Of a DNA stretch of 64,000 nt, positions 8,840 through 17,031 are shown piece after piece. The stretch lies in assembly GCF_001610835.1 (NCBI RefSeq), contig NZ_CP011270.1, positions 7,871,256-7,935,255 of the forward strand, in the 5' to 3' direction. A program made the translations under genes and the position numbers. The notes under the pieces are model-generated. The model saw nothing but the letters and a program-made list of their open reading frames with translations. It was not told the origin of the DNA and did no database searches. Origin of the DNA: Planctomyces sp. SH-PL14. GTDB taxonomy: Bacteria > Planctomycetota > Planctomycetia > Planctomycetales > Planctomycetaceae. Within the stretch, counting starts at the first letter, position 1. Every line of letters starts with the position of its first letter.

Positions 8840-9931
8840 ATGCGTATCGCGATGATGGTGCTCATCCCCACTTTCTGCGGAGCACTCGCTTCCAGCCTCC
8901 TCCAGCCGGCCACCGCGCGGTGCGCCGAGCCAAAACAGGGAGCGGTCACCAAGGCCGACCTCGGTGGAGGGGTGGCGCTGGAAACGGTCTACATCCCCCC
9001 CGGCCAGTTCCTGATGGGGAGCTCGCCGGAAGAGAAGCTCTGGGCGACCGGCATTGAGGGGGGAGCGACGCCGAACACCGAACGGGAGTCCTATGAAGGG
9101 GAGAAGCCGCGGCTCACCCGCGTGCCGCACGGCTTCTGGATGGGCCGCACTGAGGTCACCGTCGGCCAGTTCCGGAAGTTCGTCGAAGAGTCGAAGTATG
9201 TCACCGACGCCGAGAAGCCCGGCGGACACACGCAGTGCTTCGACCCGAAATGGACCGCGTACAACCTGACGACCCAGGTCGTGCATCCCTGGGAGCCGAT
9301 GGCGGGCAAGAGCTGGCGCGATCCGAACTTTGCCTTCCCGCTCCGCGAAGACTTCCCCGTGGTCTGCGTGAGCTGGAACGATGGCCGGGCCTTCGGCAAG
9401 TGGCTCACGAAGCACGAACGTGACGCGGGACGGCTGCCGGAAGGACTGGAGTACCGGCTCCCGACCGAGGCCGAATGGGAGTACGCCTGCCGCGGCGGGC
9501 GTCAGGACAGCACCTCTTACTGGTGGGGGAACGAGCTGGGTGACGGCGAAGGCCGGTTCAATATCTCCGGGCTCGACCTGCTCCCCGGCCGGACCCGGAA
9601 GTGGCCGCTGGCGAGCGCGCCGTGGAGCGACGGCTTTTCATTCGTCTCGCCGGTGGACCACTACGGCGAGAAGGGCCGCAACGGCTTCGGCATGGCCGAC
9701 ATGTGCGGGGGTGTGTGGGAAGTGGCGCTGGACCACTTCGATCCCAAGGGAGGACATGAGGAGCTGTACGTCGTGAAGGAGAACCCGCGGCCGGTCTGCC
9801 GCGGCGGCAACTACTTCGACGTCCCCGGCAATGCCCGCTGCGCCGTCCGCCTGGGTCTGGCGGGTCCGAGCTATTCGGACTCCCGCGACGGCTTTCGCAT
9901 CTGCCTGGGTCCGGCCGTTGGCAAGGAGTGA
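8840..9931 (+). CDS. Formylglycine-generating-enzyme (FGE/SUMF1) family protein, secreted
   Basis: Signal peptide MRIAMMVLIPTFCGALA, then FGE-sulfatase motifs GMADMCGGVWEV, RGGNYF, HGFWMGRTEVT and CVSWNDGRAF. Start at ATG 8840 in the frame of the 8339 ORF. Confidence 0.8.
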   Translation: MRIAMMVLIPTFCGALASSLLQPATARCAEPKQGAVTKADLGGGVALETVYIPPGQFLMGSSPEEKLWATGIEGGATPNTERESYEGEKPRLTRVPHGFWMGRTEVTVGQFRKFVEESKYVTDAEKPGGHTQCFDPKWTAYNLTTQVVHPWEPMAGKSWRDPNFAFPLREDFPVVCVSWNDGRAFGKWLTKHERDAGRLPEGLEYRLPTEAEWEYACRGGRQDSTSYWWGNELGDGEGRFNISGLDLLPGRTRKWPLASAPWSDGFSFVSPVDHYGEKGRNGFGMADMCGGVWEVALDHFDPKGGHEELYVVKENPRPVCRGGNYFDVPGNARCAVRLGLAGPSYSDSRDGFRICLGPAVGKE

Positions 9932-10001
9932 CTGAAACCCAGGGTAGCCCGCGTTGCGGGAAATCGCCGGCCGCTGCGCCTCGCCTGACGTGTGGTCCGA
10001 T

Positions 10002-10931
10002 TCAGTAGCCCAGGTAGTCGTTGAGCGACGCTTCGCCCGTCCCCGCGCTGGCCGCAGGGCCGGCGGAGTCGGCTGCGAACTTCTGCTGCGCGAGGGCGAG
10101 CGCGACGACCACCGGTGTCGCGGCCAGGGCGATTCGCAGTCCCGTTCGGGTCTTTCCCCCCAGCCTGACCAGTGGCCACAGTTCCGGGATCCAGGCCGCC
10201 AGGGGCGCGGCGAGCAGCAGCGCGGCGTTGGCGGTTGTGAGTCCCGCGAAGAGGCGGCCTACGACCAGCAGTCCGAAGAGCGCCGGCAGGATCACGCCGA
10301 GGCTGGCGGCCGTTTCCGCTCCCGCTCCCCCGGAGGAGTGCCGGCCCCCCACAAGGACCAGCACTCCTCCCGCTGCCGCGGCGGCCGCCAGCGGCACACC
10401 GAGTTGTCCCCCCGCGGCGTAGCCCGAGAGCATGATCGTGATCCCCGCCCCGGCGGCCGTTCCGGCGAACGCGAGGGCCGCGGAGGTGGGGCTTCGTCGC
10501 GCCAGCCGGTCGAGTGCTGTCCAGGAGAGGAAGAGGGCCGCCGCGAGTCCGGCGAACAGTCCCGCCGCCAGCCCTGGAGACCACTCTCGAGTGCCGGGGC
10601 CGGAGAGATCGGCCACGTAGCTCGAGCCATGGACCAGCACCGGGACCGCGCCGGCCGCGACGGCGAGACGCATGAGCCATCCCCAGCGAAACGGCGCGAC
10701 GCACTCGGCGAGGATGGCTCCGGGCACGAGCAGCAGGAGGAGGCGTTCGAGGGCGTCGCGTGGGGGAAGGTGCGGCGCGAGGCCGAGGCCCCAGGCTCCG
10801 GCCAGGATTCCGAGTCCTGTGCCGAGCGCGCCGCCGAGTGGCCGGGAGAGGCGGGCCAGGAGCCAGGTCACCAGGGTGGTGACGAAGGCGGCCAGGGCGG
10901 CGGCCTTGGCCATGACGAGGGGATCGGGCAT
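10002..10931 (-). CDS. Ala/Gly/Leu-rich polytopic membrane protein (hypothetical)
   Basis: 309 aa with ~8 hydrophobic helices. Strong RBS AGGAG-5nt-ATG at the 10931 end. The opposing Arg-rich ORFs look like GC artefacts. Confidence 0.55.
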   Translation of the reverse strand: MPDPLVMAKAAALAAFVTTLVTWLLARLSRPLGGALGTGLGILAGAWGLGLAPHLPPRDALERLLLLLVPGAILAECVAPFRWGWLMRLAVAAGAVPVLVHGSSYVADLSGPGTREWSPGLAAGLFAGLAAALFLSWTALDRLARRSPTSAALAFAGTAAGAGITIMLSGYAAGGQLGVPLAAAAAAGGVLVLVGGRHSSGGAGAETAASLGVILPALFGLLVVGRLFAGLTTANAALLLAAPLAAWIPELWPLVRLGGKTRTGLRIALAATPVVVALALAQQKFAADSAGPAASAGTGEASLNDYLGY

Positions 10932-10985
10932 GGAGACTCCTTGAGAGGGACTGAGCTCGAACCGCGTCCTTGCCGGTGCGGCGAT

Positions 10986-11270
10986 GCCACGTCAAACCCA
11001 TCGTGCCACGGCGGCCGGGGTCAAGGGGGCAACCCCTTGCCGCCGGAGGCACTCCTGTGAGGAACCGTGGTACGCAACGGACGTCCCCTTTGTGGTACCG
11101 GCGTTGAGGACTCCGCCGCTCGCCTTGCAATCGCCGCGGGGTTGGTGTGGGGGCATGCGGCACGGTGTCCGCGTTCGGACACACAAGGTTTTCAGCGGTT
11201 CTCGACGGCCAGGCCTCCGGCGGGCAAGGGGGTGTGACCCCCTTGCATCCCCCACCAGGGGTGACCCCCT
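10986..11270 (+). repeat. Dispersed GC-rich palindromic repeat, full-length copy B (~285 bp)
   Basis: Near-identical in reverse complement to 61166-61425. Left terminus ...CCCATCGTGCCACGGCGGCCGGGGTCAAGGGGGCAACCCCTTGCCGCCGGAGGC..., right terminus ...GCCTCCGGCGGGCAAGGGGGTGTGACCCCCTTGCATCCCCCACCAGGGGTGACCCCCTGGACCCCGG. Confidence 0.8.
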
Positions 11271-11290
11271 GGACCCCGGTTCCTTCCTTC

Positions 11291-11866
11291 TTACTTGTGG
11301 GTGCCTTCAAAACTCACCGTCACATGCACCTCATCACCAATCGCCTCCAACATCTTGTCCATCCCGAACTCACTCCGCTTGATCTTGAACTCGCCCGAGA
11401 AACCCGTCCGGTGCACACCCTTCGGGAACTCCGCCGTCTTCCCCCCATGTAAATTCACCGTGATCGGCTTCGTCACCCCGTGCAGCGTCAGATCACCCGT
11501 CACCTGATACCCCCCGTCCAGCGGCTTGACCGACGTGCTCCGGAACCCAAGGGCCGGGTTCTGCCGCGTGTCGAAGAAGTCCGGACCGCGAAGATGCTCG
11601 TCCCGCTTCACATTGTCCGTGTCGACGCTGTCCGCTTTCGCCAGGATCGCAAACGACGTCGCCGCCGGATTGGCGGCATCGATCTTGAACGAGCCACTCA
11701 CGTCCTTGAACCGCCCGTGCGTCCAGCTCAAACCGAGATGCGAGATCTGAAACGTGACCGCGGTATGGGTCGTGTCGAGGGCGTACTCCTGAGCCCGCGC
11801 CGGGGGGGCAACCAGTCCGGAAAACGCGAAGGCCAAGGCGGTGAGCGCAAACTGTCGAACGTTCAT
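11291..11866 (-). CDS. YceI-family periplasmic protein
   Basis: Signal peptide MNVRQFALTALAFAFSGLVAPPARA followed by a YceI-like polyisoprenoid-binding domain (TFQISHLGLSWTHGRFKDVSGSF...GDLTLHGVTKP). RBS AAGGA-5-ATG. Confidence 0.85.
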   Translation of the reverse strand: MNVRQFALTALAFAFSGLVAPPARAQEYALDTTHTAVTFQISHLGLSWTHGRFKDVSGSFKIDAANPAATSFAILAKADSVDTDNVKRDEHLRGPDFFDTRQNPALGFRSTSVKPLDGGYQVTGDLTLHGVTKPITVNLHGGKTAEFPKGVHRTGFSGEFKIKRSEFGMDKMLEAIGDEVHVTVSFEGTHK

Positions 11867-12216
11867 TCCAATCCTTCTGGGAACAGAGTCCACATCAAAA
11901 CGCCGCCGCAATCGACGCGGCGGACGGGAAAACGCGACGGGGCACAAAAGCTGCGGACCCGCGGCCAGACGGCTCCAGGCCGCCGCACCGACAGGCGTAC
12001 AATCCGAACAGCACAGACAACAGTCACCGAGCCGGTCACATGGGCCGGCTCGTCCGCACAACAGGGTGGCGGTGTCAGGATGGTTGCGGTACACAGAAGA
12101 TCGCCGACGCGGTCTGCACCGGACTCCCTGGCGGACGGCTGGGGAGCGAACTCGGACGTCAGATCCGCGGCTGCGGCGAACTGTAATGCACAGATACATA
12201 ATGTACCATTTCAGTA

Positions 12217-12678
12217 ATGTCAACAGGACCTGATCCCCTCGTCGACCTGCCAAAGCTCTTCCACGAAACCTCGCGGATTTTCGAGCGGTGGATGGATGCG
12301 CACTGCGAGAAGATCGGGACGAGTCCCGCCCGCGCCCGGCTGATGAGCCTGCTGCACTGCGGCGGCTCGCAGCGGATGACCTGTATTGCGGAGGCGCTCG
12401 GGGTCTCGCCGCGGAACGTGACGGCGCTGGTTGACGGGCTTGAGACGGACGGGTTCGCCGAGCGGGAGCCGCATCCGGTCGACCGTCGGGCGACGATGGT
12501 CCGGCTCACCCCCGCAGGTCTGAAGTGGGCGAAGCAGAACCTGTGTCCGCTGTTTGAGCAGTATTCCGCGGCATTCACGAAGCTGCCGAAGGCGGACCGT
12601 GTGGAGTTGGCGCGGCTGTTGTCGGCGGTGCGTGAGACCTTGCAGGCGCACGCGAGCTGCGGCGGCGACAAGGGCTGA
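12217..12678 (+). CDS. MarR-family transcriptional regulator, divergent from yceI-like gene
   Basis: Winged-HTH MarR signature ...MTCIAEALGVSPRNVTALVDGLETDGFAEREPHPVDRRATMVRLTPAG.... 153 aa. Confidence 0.85.
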   Translation: MSTGPDPLVDLPKLFHETSRIFERWMDAHCEKIGTSPARARLMSLLHCGGSQRMTCIAEALGVSPRNVTALVDGLETDGFAEREPHPVDRRATMVRLTPAGLKWAKQNLCPLFEQYSAAFTKLPKADRVELARLLSAVRETLQAHASCGGDKG

Positions 12679-12692
12679 GACCCTACCCAGTA

Positions 12693-12770
12693 CCGGGTCC
12701 AGGGGTACCCTGGTGGGGGATGCAAGGGGGCCCGTGTTGTCTTCTTGGCCCCCTTGCCCGCCGGAGGCCT
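12693..12770 (-). repeat. Dispersed repeat copy C (right stem-loop module only, inverted)
   Basis: CCGGGTCCAGGGGTACCCTGGTGGGGGATGCAAGGGGGCCCGTGTTGTCTTCTTGGCCCCCTTGCCCGCCGGAGGCC is the reverse complement of the right terminus of copy B. Confidence 0.75.
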
Positions 12771-12817
12771 GGCCGTCTCTAGATGTCTGAAGGAGATCGT
12801 GTCCAAGCGCGGACGAA

Positions 12818-13180
12818 ATGCCGGATGCCCCCTCACCTCCTGTTGGTTTGCAGTCGCGACCCGCGCGATCGGCGGCCACGCTTCGCATCCGGTGGCTCCT
12901 TATTGCGACAACCCTCTACGTCGGCGTGTACGTCGCGCTGTCGGCGAGCGGTGGGTACGGAAGCGCGTCGTCGGGGCGGCTTCGTTACGGCGGCGGGTTG
13001 TCGGTGTCGGACCTTCAAGTGTGGCAGCCCCGGTTCTGCCGCTGGCACAGCCGGACGCAGATCGACGGCTCGTGGACGTTCAGTGCCAACCCGCCCGGAG
13101 TCTTCTTCGCGCCGCTGATCCTCATGGACCGGTGTTTCGTCCATCCCACGGTGAACCTGTTCGACCAGCGGCCTCAGTGA
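12818..13180 (+). CDS. Hypothetical small membrane protein
   Basis: 120-aa ORF with one TM segment. No homology recognised, low support. Confidence 0.3.
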   Translation: MPDAPSPPVGLQSRPARSAATLRIRWLLIATTLYVGVYVALSASGGYGSASSGRLRYGGGLSVSDLQVWQPRFCRWHSRTQIDGSWTFSANPPGVFFAPLILMDRCFVHPTVNLFDQRPQ

Positions 13181-13567
13181 AGCCGGCGGGACATGCGGCC
13201 CCGTCGCGCCGTACGCGTCCCGGCCGTCCGGAAAAATGGGGCAATCTCCGTGAACCTTCGCCGGACGCGGGGCGTCTCGTAGGCGGCGGGCCGCAACGAT
13301 GGCCAGGTCCCGTTGGAGAATCCCCGTGTCGTGCTCACAACCCCGTTCGACGTTGCAACAGACCAGCGCCCTATGCGGTTTCGGTCCCTGCGGCGCCGTC
13401 GTGAGTTCCGGCGAGGACTCTCGATATCGCGAGACGCGTCGGTGATGTCCGGCCCTCCGTGGAGCAGAACTCCCCGGCCCGGCGTCATCGCGACGCCGGG
13501 CTTTTTTCTTGCCGGTTCTCCATTCACACCGGACCGGTCCGCGAGGCGGGCCGTTGCCGATCCGAAC

Positions 13568-13638
13568 GCGCCCATGATGTAACGGCGGCCTGCCGCTCTG
13601 CCAGAGCGGTCGTGCGGGTTCGACTCCCGCTGGGCGCT
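13568..13638 (+). tRNA. tRNA-Gly (anticodon GCC)
   Basis: Acceptor GCGCCCA/TGGGCGC, anticodon arm CCGCT-CTGCCAG-AGCGG, T-arm GCGGG-TTCGACT-CCCGC, discriminator T. The D-stem has one mismatch. No encoded CCA. Confidence 0.7.
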
Positions 13639-13672
13639 TCCTGAAATCGAAGGATCACTTCGGAATCACCAC

Positions 13673-13755
13673 GGAAGTCATCCGGCCGGATGAGGGCCCT
13701 GTCTCGAAAACAGGCGCGGTGCAGACCGTTGTGGGTTCGAGTCCCACGGCTTCCG
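13673..13755 (+). tRNA. tRNA-Ser (anticodon CGA), class II with long variable arm
   Basis: Acceptor GGAAGTC/GGCTTCC with G73, anticodon arm CCTGT-CTCGAAA-ACAGG, 16-nt variable arm, T-arm GTGGG-TTCGAGT-CCCAC. The D-arm is atypical (A at position 8) in my hand fold. Confidence 0.55.
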
Positions 13756-13791
13756 CCTCGACAGTTCTGACACAGACGCGCACGCGCACAC

Positions 13792-13863
13792 GGTCCCGTG
13801 GTCCAGCGGCCACGACTCCTGGCTTACATCCAGGCAACGATGGTTCGAGTCCATCCGGGATCA
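13792..13863 (+). tRNA. tRNA-Val (anticodon TAC); its 3' end is the island attachment site
   Basis: Acceptor GGTCCCG/CGGGATC, anticodon arm CCTGG-CTTACAT-CCAGG, T-arm GATGG-TTCGAGT-CCATC, discriminator A. Confidence 0.8.
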
Positions 13864-15131
13864 CTAGTTCTCTTCAAGGAGGGAAGGCTTTTTCCTCGCT
13901 TTCTTGGTTTTTGCTTGGCGTCGTCCATGTGGGTGTCACCGTCGGGCACACTCGGACCGTCGCCGGCAGTCACTGACAAGTGTGCAGAGTAGTGTGCAGC
14001 ATCGGTCGCCCGGGAGAAGTCCTCGTCGCGGACTTGGAGGTAGTTCTTGCTGGCGACCTGCACTGAATGTCCGATCCATTGGCAGACGACGTGAATGGGG
14101 AACTCGGCCGCCAGTTCGGTCTCTCGGGTGGCCCGCAGGTTATGGAACAGCTTGCCCCAGGGCTCCAGGCCGGCGCGACGGATCGTCTGCAGGAGACGCG
14201 TCCGCAGGTTGCAGCTCCGGTCTCGATACCGCGTGATCACAAAGCCACGTTTGTCTTCCGCCGCGGCGTAGAGCGACTGGAGTAGCGGACGCAGCTCCGG
14301 GAACAGGGGAATGGTCCGGCTTCCCTTTCCGCTGTGTCGCTCAGTCTTGGGTGACGTCACAACGATCCGTCCTTTCTTCCAGTCGACGTCCTTCCAACGA
14401 AGTGACAGATGCTCGGACGGGCAGCGGAGACCTCCGAATCGGCCCAGGGCGAACACAAGCCGCCATTCGTCGTCCAGGCACGCCGCCAGGACCTTGTCAG
14501 CCATCTCACGGGTCACGAAGAAGTCTCGCGATCTGTTCTCCCGGACAGTCCGAGGGATGTCGCGGTGAATGAACGGATTCCGGTTGACGACCCCGCGGTC
14601 GGCTGCGTCGGTGAAGAACTGACTGGCGATCGAACACATCTTGCGGACCGTGTTTTCGGACAAACCGCGGCCCGGCCCCCTGCCCTCTCGAAGCATCCAG
14701 TGTCGGAAGTCCTTCGCTTCCCCCAGCGAGACAGATTCGATGGGGCGGTCGTCGCCGAAGACCTTCACCAGATAGCGACGGCAACGTCTCCAGAGGACCT
14801 TGCTCCCTTCGCACACATCGCCACGGCCGGAAATGTAGTCGGCGGTGAAGCCCCCAATGGTGACCGGCTTCGCTTCTGCGGTCGGCCTTGCGATCAAGCC
14901 GTGCGTGTAGAGCTTCTGCCGCATCACGTCGCCGCAGTCCGCAACCCAGGCCGCCGTTTCCGCGGGGACCGCCGTGCTGGCTGTTTGAGAGGTCAACAGT
15001 TGTTCCAGATGCCGCTTGACCCCCTCTGCCGCCTTCTTGGGCATCTTGCCGGGATAGAACGACTTCTGGACTCCGTCGCGGTCCACGTAGCGGATGTTCC
15101 AGGCGTTGCGATTCTTTGAGAGAGATGCCAT
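13824..15131 (-). CDS. int: Tyrosine-type site-specific integrase (phage/P4-like); C-terminus overlaps tRNA-Val on the opposite strand
   Basis: 435 aa with the catalytic R...HxLRHT...Y region (LFHNLRATRETELAAEFPIHVVCQWIGHSVQVASKNYLQV) and a SAM-like N-domain. The stop at 13824 falls inside the tRNA-Val 3' half, typical of tRNA-targeting elements. Confidence 0.9.
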   Translation of the reverse strand: MASLSKNRNAWNIRYVDRDGVQKSFYPGKMPKKAAEGVKRHLEQLLTSQTASTAVPAETAAWVADCGDVMRQKLYTHGLIARPTAEAKPVTIGGFTADYISGRGDVCEGSKVLWRRCRRYLVKVFGDDRPIESVSLGEAKDFRHWMLREGRGPGRGLSENTVRKMCSIASQFFTDAADRGVVNRNPFIHRDIPRTVRENRSRDFFVTREMADKVLAACLDDEWRLVFALGRFGGLRCPSEHLSLRWKDVDWKKGRIVVTSPKTERHSGKGSRTIPLFPELRPLLQSLYAAAEDKRGFVITRYRDRSCNLRTRLLQTIRRAGLEPWGKLFHNLRATRETELAAEFPIHVVCQWIGHSVQVASKNYLQVRDEDFSRATDAAHYSAHLSVTAGDGPSVPDGDTHMDDAKQKPRKRGKSLPSLKRTSDPGWTRTIVAWM

Positions 15132-15215
15132 CGAGACTCCGTTGTGCTGGGAAAAGAGAAACGCCCCGTCAGCCGCGAGGGCCGCCGGGGCGAATAGCCG
15201 ATGGGACCTGCCGCC

Positions 15216-15806
15216 TCAGATGCGGACGCCGATGGAACGGAGCGCCTCATGGGCCTCCTGCTCCGCCGCGACCGGGCAAGCCTGATTCAGGACCACGAGG
15301 CGGACGTCGGTGACGCCGGCAATGTCGAACTCGTGGCGGCCGACCTTGGAGAGCCGGACCAGGCCGGCAGGCTCCACAGGCTTCTCCGCGGGCCGCCGAA
15401 CCGGGCGACCGGCCGTCAGGGTGGCGAGGCACTCGCGGGCCTTCTGAACCGCAACCTCGTCGTCTCCAAACGAGTTGGATACGAGAATCTCGACGTCCTC
15501 AAACCCAGGGATCTGAACGAGACGACGATCATCCCGGCCGACCGCCAAGTCGACTTCCGGACCGTAGCCGGAGGCAACGTCGAGGGCCTCGGCCGCCGTC
15601 AGGCAGAAGCCGGCGAGCGCCCTGAGTTCTTCTGCCGCGAAGTCGGCAGGACTCGCCCCGGAGATGTCCGAATGGCGACGCACTTTCAGGACTCGGTAGC
15701 CCTCTCCCACATCTTCGATCCGCACGTCGCCATCGAACGTGTCGTCGATGATGTGCTGGACCTCTTCCAAGCTCAGAACCTTTTCTTGTTTCACTACGTC
15801 GATCAT
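15216..15806 (-). CDS. Hypothetical protein (island), intact member of a tandem duplicate pair
   Basis: 196-aa ORF MIDVVKQEKVLSLEEVQHIIDD.... A paralogous copy lies immediately upstream. Confidence 0.5.
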   Translation of the reverse strand: MIDVVKQEKVLSLEEVQHIIDDTFDGDVRIEDVGEGYRVLKVRRHSDISGASPADFAAEELRALAGFCLTAAEALDVASGYGPEVDLAVGRDDRRLVQIPGFEDVEILVSNSFGDDEVAVQKARECLATLTAGRPVRRPAEKPVEPAGLVRLSKVGRHEFDIAGVTDVRLVVLNQACPVAAEQEAHEALRSIGVRI

Positions 15807-15829
15807 CTGGATAAACTCCGTGAATTGGT

Positions 15830-16356
15830 CTCCGCCGCGTTGTCGGCAAAACTCTTCGGCGGAGACTGGTGACTTCGGCCGTGGGGAACGTCCCCGCGGC
15901 CTTTTCTTTTGACACGTCCCCCGCGGGAAACGTGACCTCGCGGACTCGCCGGGCGTCCAACATGCTGCCGATGGCCTCTTGGGCCATCACCAACGCCTCG
16001 TCTTGGTTGCCAGCGTTGTGGACAAGGATTTCAACGCTCTCGTAGCCCCGAATCTCGAAGCGGTGGCGTTAGCCCCAACGAGGGACAAGCGAGGGCAGCC
16101 CAGCGTCGAGGCCAGCGGCCTCCGCGATCTCGTCAGCAGCCGCAATGGAACGCCCGGAGACCTGACGCATCACGGACGAAACGAACTCCGCAGGAGACGC
16201 TCCGGGCGGCGATCGGAAAGCCTTCGGCCTGATCCAGACGCGAAGCTCGCCGGCCGCGTTCCGGGACACGCCGGCCTGCCCGTGGAACGCCTTTCCCACT
16301 GTGATGCGGGCCTCCCCGAGGCTCGATTCTTGGGCCGGCTCGGCCGTGTCGATCAT
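15830..16356 (-). pseudogene. Disrupted paralog of 15216..15806 (in-frame TAA at 16069-16071 and a later frame change)
   Basis: Translation MIDTAEPAQESS...AEFVSSVMRQ...PRWG*RHRFEIRGYESVEILVHNAGNQDEALV... aligns to P1 (MIDVVKQEK...ADFAAEELRA...FEDVEILVSNSFGDDEVAV) across the stop. Confidence 0.4.
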
Positions 16357-16647
16357 CTGTCGACCTCCCTTCAAAAGAGAAACCCCGCTGGCCGCCAAGG
16401 GTGAAGCTTGGCGACCGCGGGGTCGGAGCATCGGACGGCCAGCACGCCGCCCGATCGATTGTTTTGCCCTCCACCCCGGTCCCTTCACCGAACCAGCGTG
16501 GCGTGTTGGCTGGGAATATAGAGCCCTTTCCCCCCTGCGGAAAGCACAAAATCACTATGTGCTTTTCACAAATGCACCACACAGTGCGTAAGTGATTTGC
16601 CGTTCATTACTTGCCGTCTCTAGGATTTTTGAACAGAGGGGGCAAAC

Positions 16648-16935
16648 TTGGCGCGTTCCACCGTCACGCTGACAGAGATTGAAGCCTTGGCCGCGGACCT
16701 TGAACGGTCCGCTGGGCGGCTGCGCAAGGCGATTGCGGACGCCAGGGCTTCGGGGATTGATTCGCTACAGCTTCATTGGTCGAGGGCCAGCGGAGCCCAT
16801 TTGTCAGCAATTGGCCGGGTGGCAAAAGATGCTGAGGTTCAGGCAGATGACGCCGCAAGGGCCAAGAGCCTGGGGATCAAGACGGCGGCGGAGTCGTACA
16901 AGGCTACTGCGGCGAAACGTAAGGCTCGCGGATAG
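16648..16935 (+). CDS. Small hypothetical protein (TTG start), first gene of the lower-GC module
   Basis: 95-aa ORF preceded by GAGGGGG. It follows an AT-richer 100-bp promoter-like region at 16540-16647. Confidence 0.4.
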   Translation: MARSTVTLTEIEALAADLERSAGRLRKAIADARASGIDSLQLHWSRASGAHLSAIGRVAKDAEVQADDAARAKSLGIKTAAESYKATAAKRKARG

Positions 16936-17031
16936 GCACAGTCGCTCTCCAGGCTTCGTTGTGAAGCCGGTTTACCCCACACGGAGGCCGGGGGTATTCT
17001 TCGGCCACACCCCGTGTTAGGAAGGGTCCAC

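Noticed and set aside
9871-11310. 479-aa minus-strand ORF and 368-aa plus-strand ORF (9954..11060) overlapping the membrane-protein gene and repeat copy B
   Set aside because: Extremely Arg/Gly/Pro-rich. They run through an obvious non-coding repeat. The co-located hydrophobic ORF with a strong RBS is the better gene model.
13568-13863. The Gly-Ser-Val tRNAs as part of the mobile island
   Set aside because: They lie outside the direct repeats. Only the 3' ~15 nt of tRNA-Val is duplicated at the far end, as expected for chromosomal attB-derived sequence.
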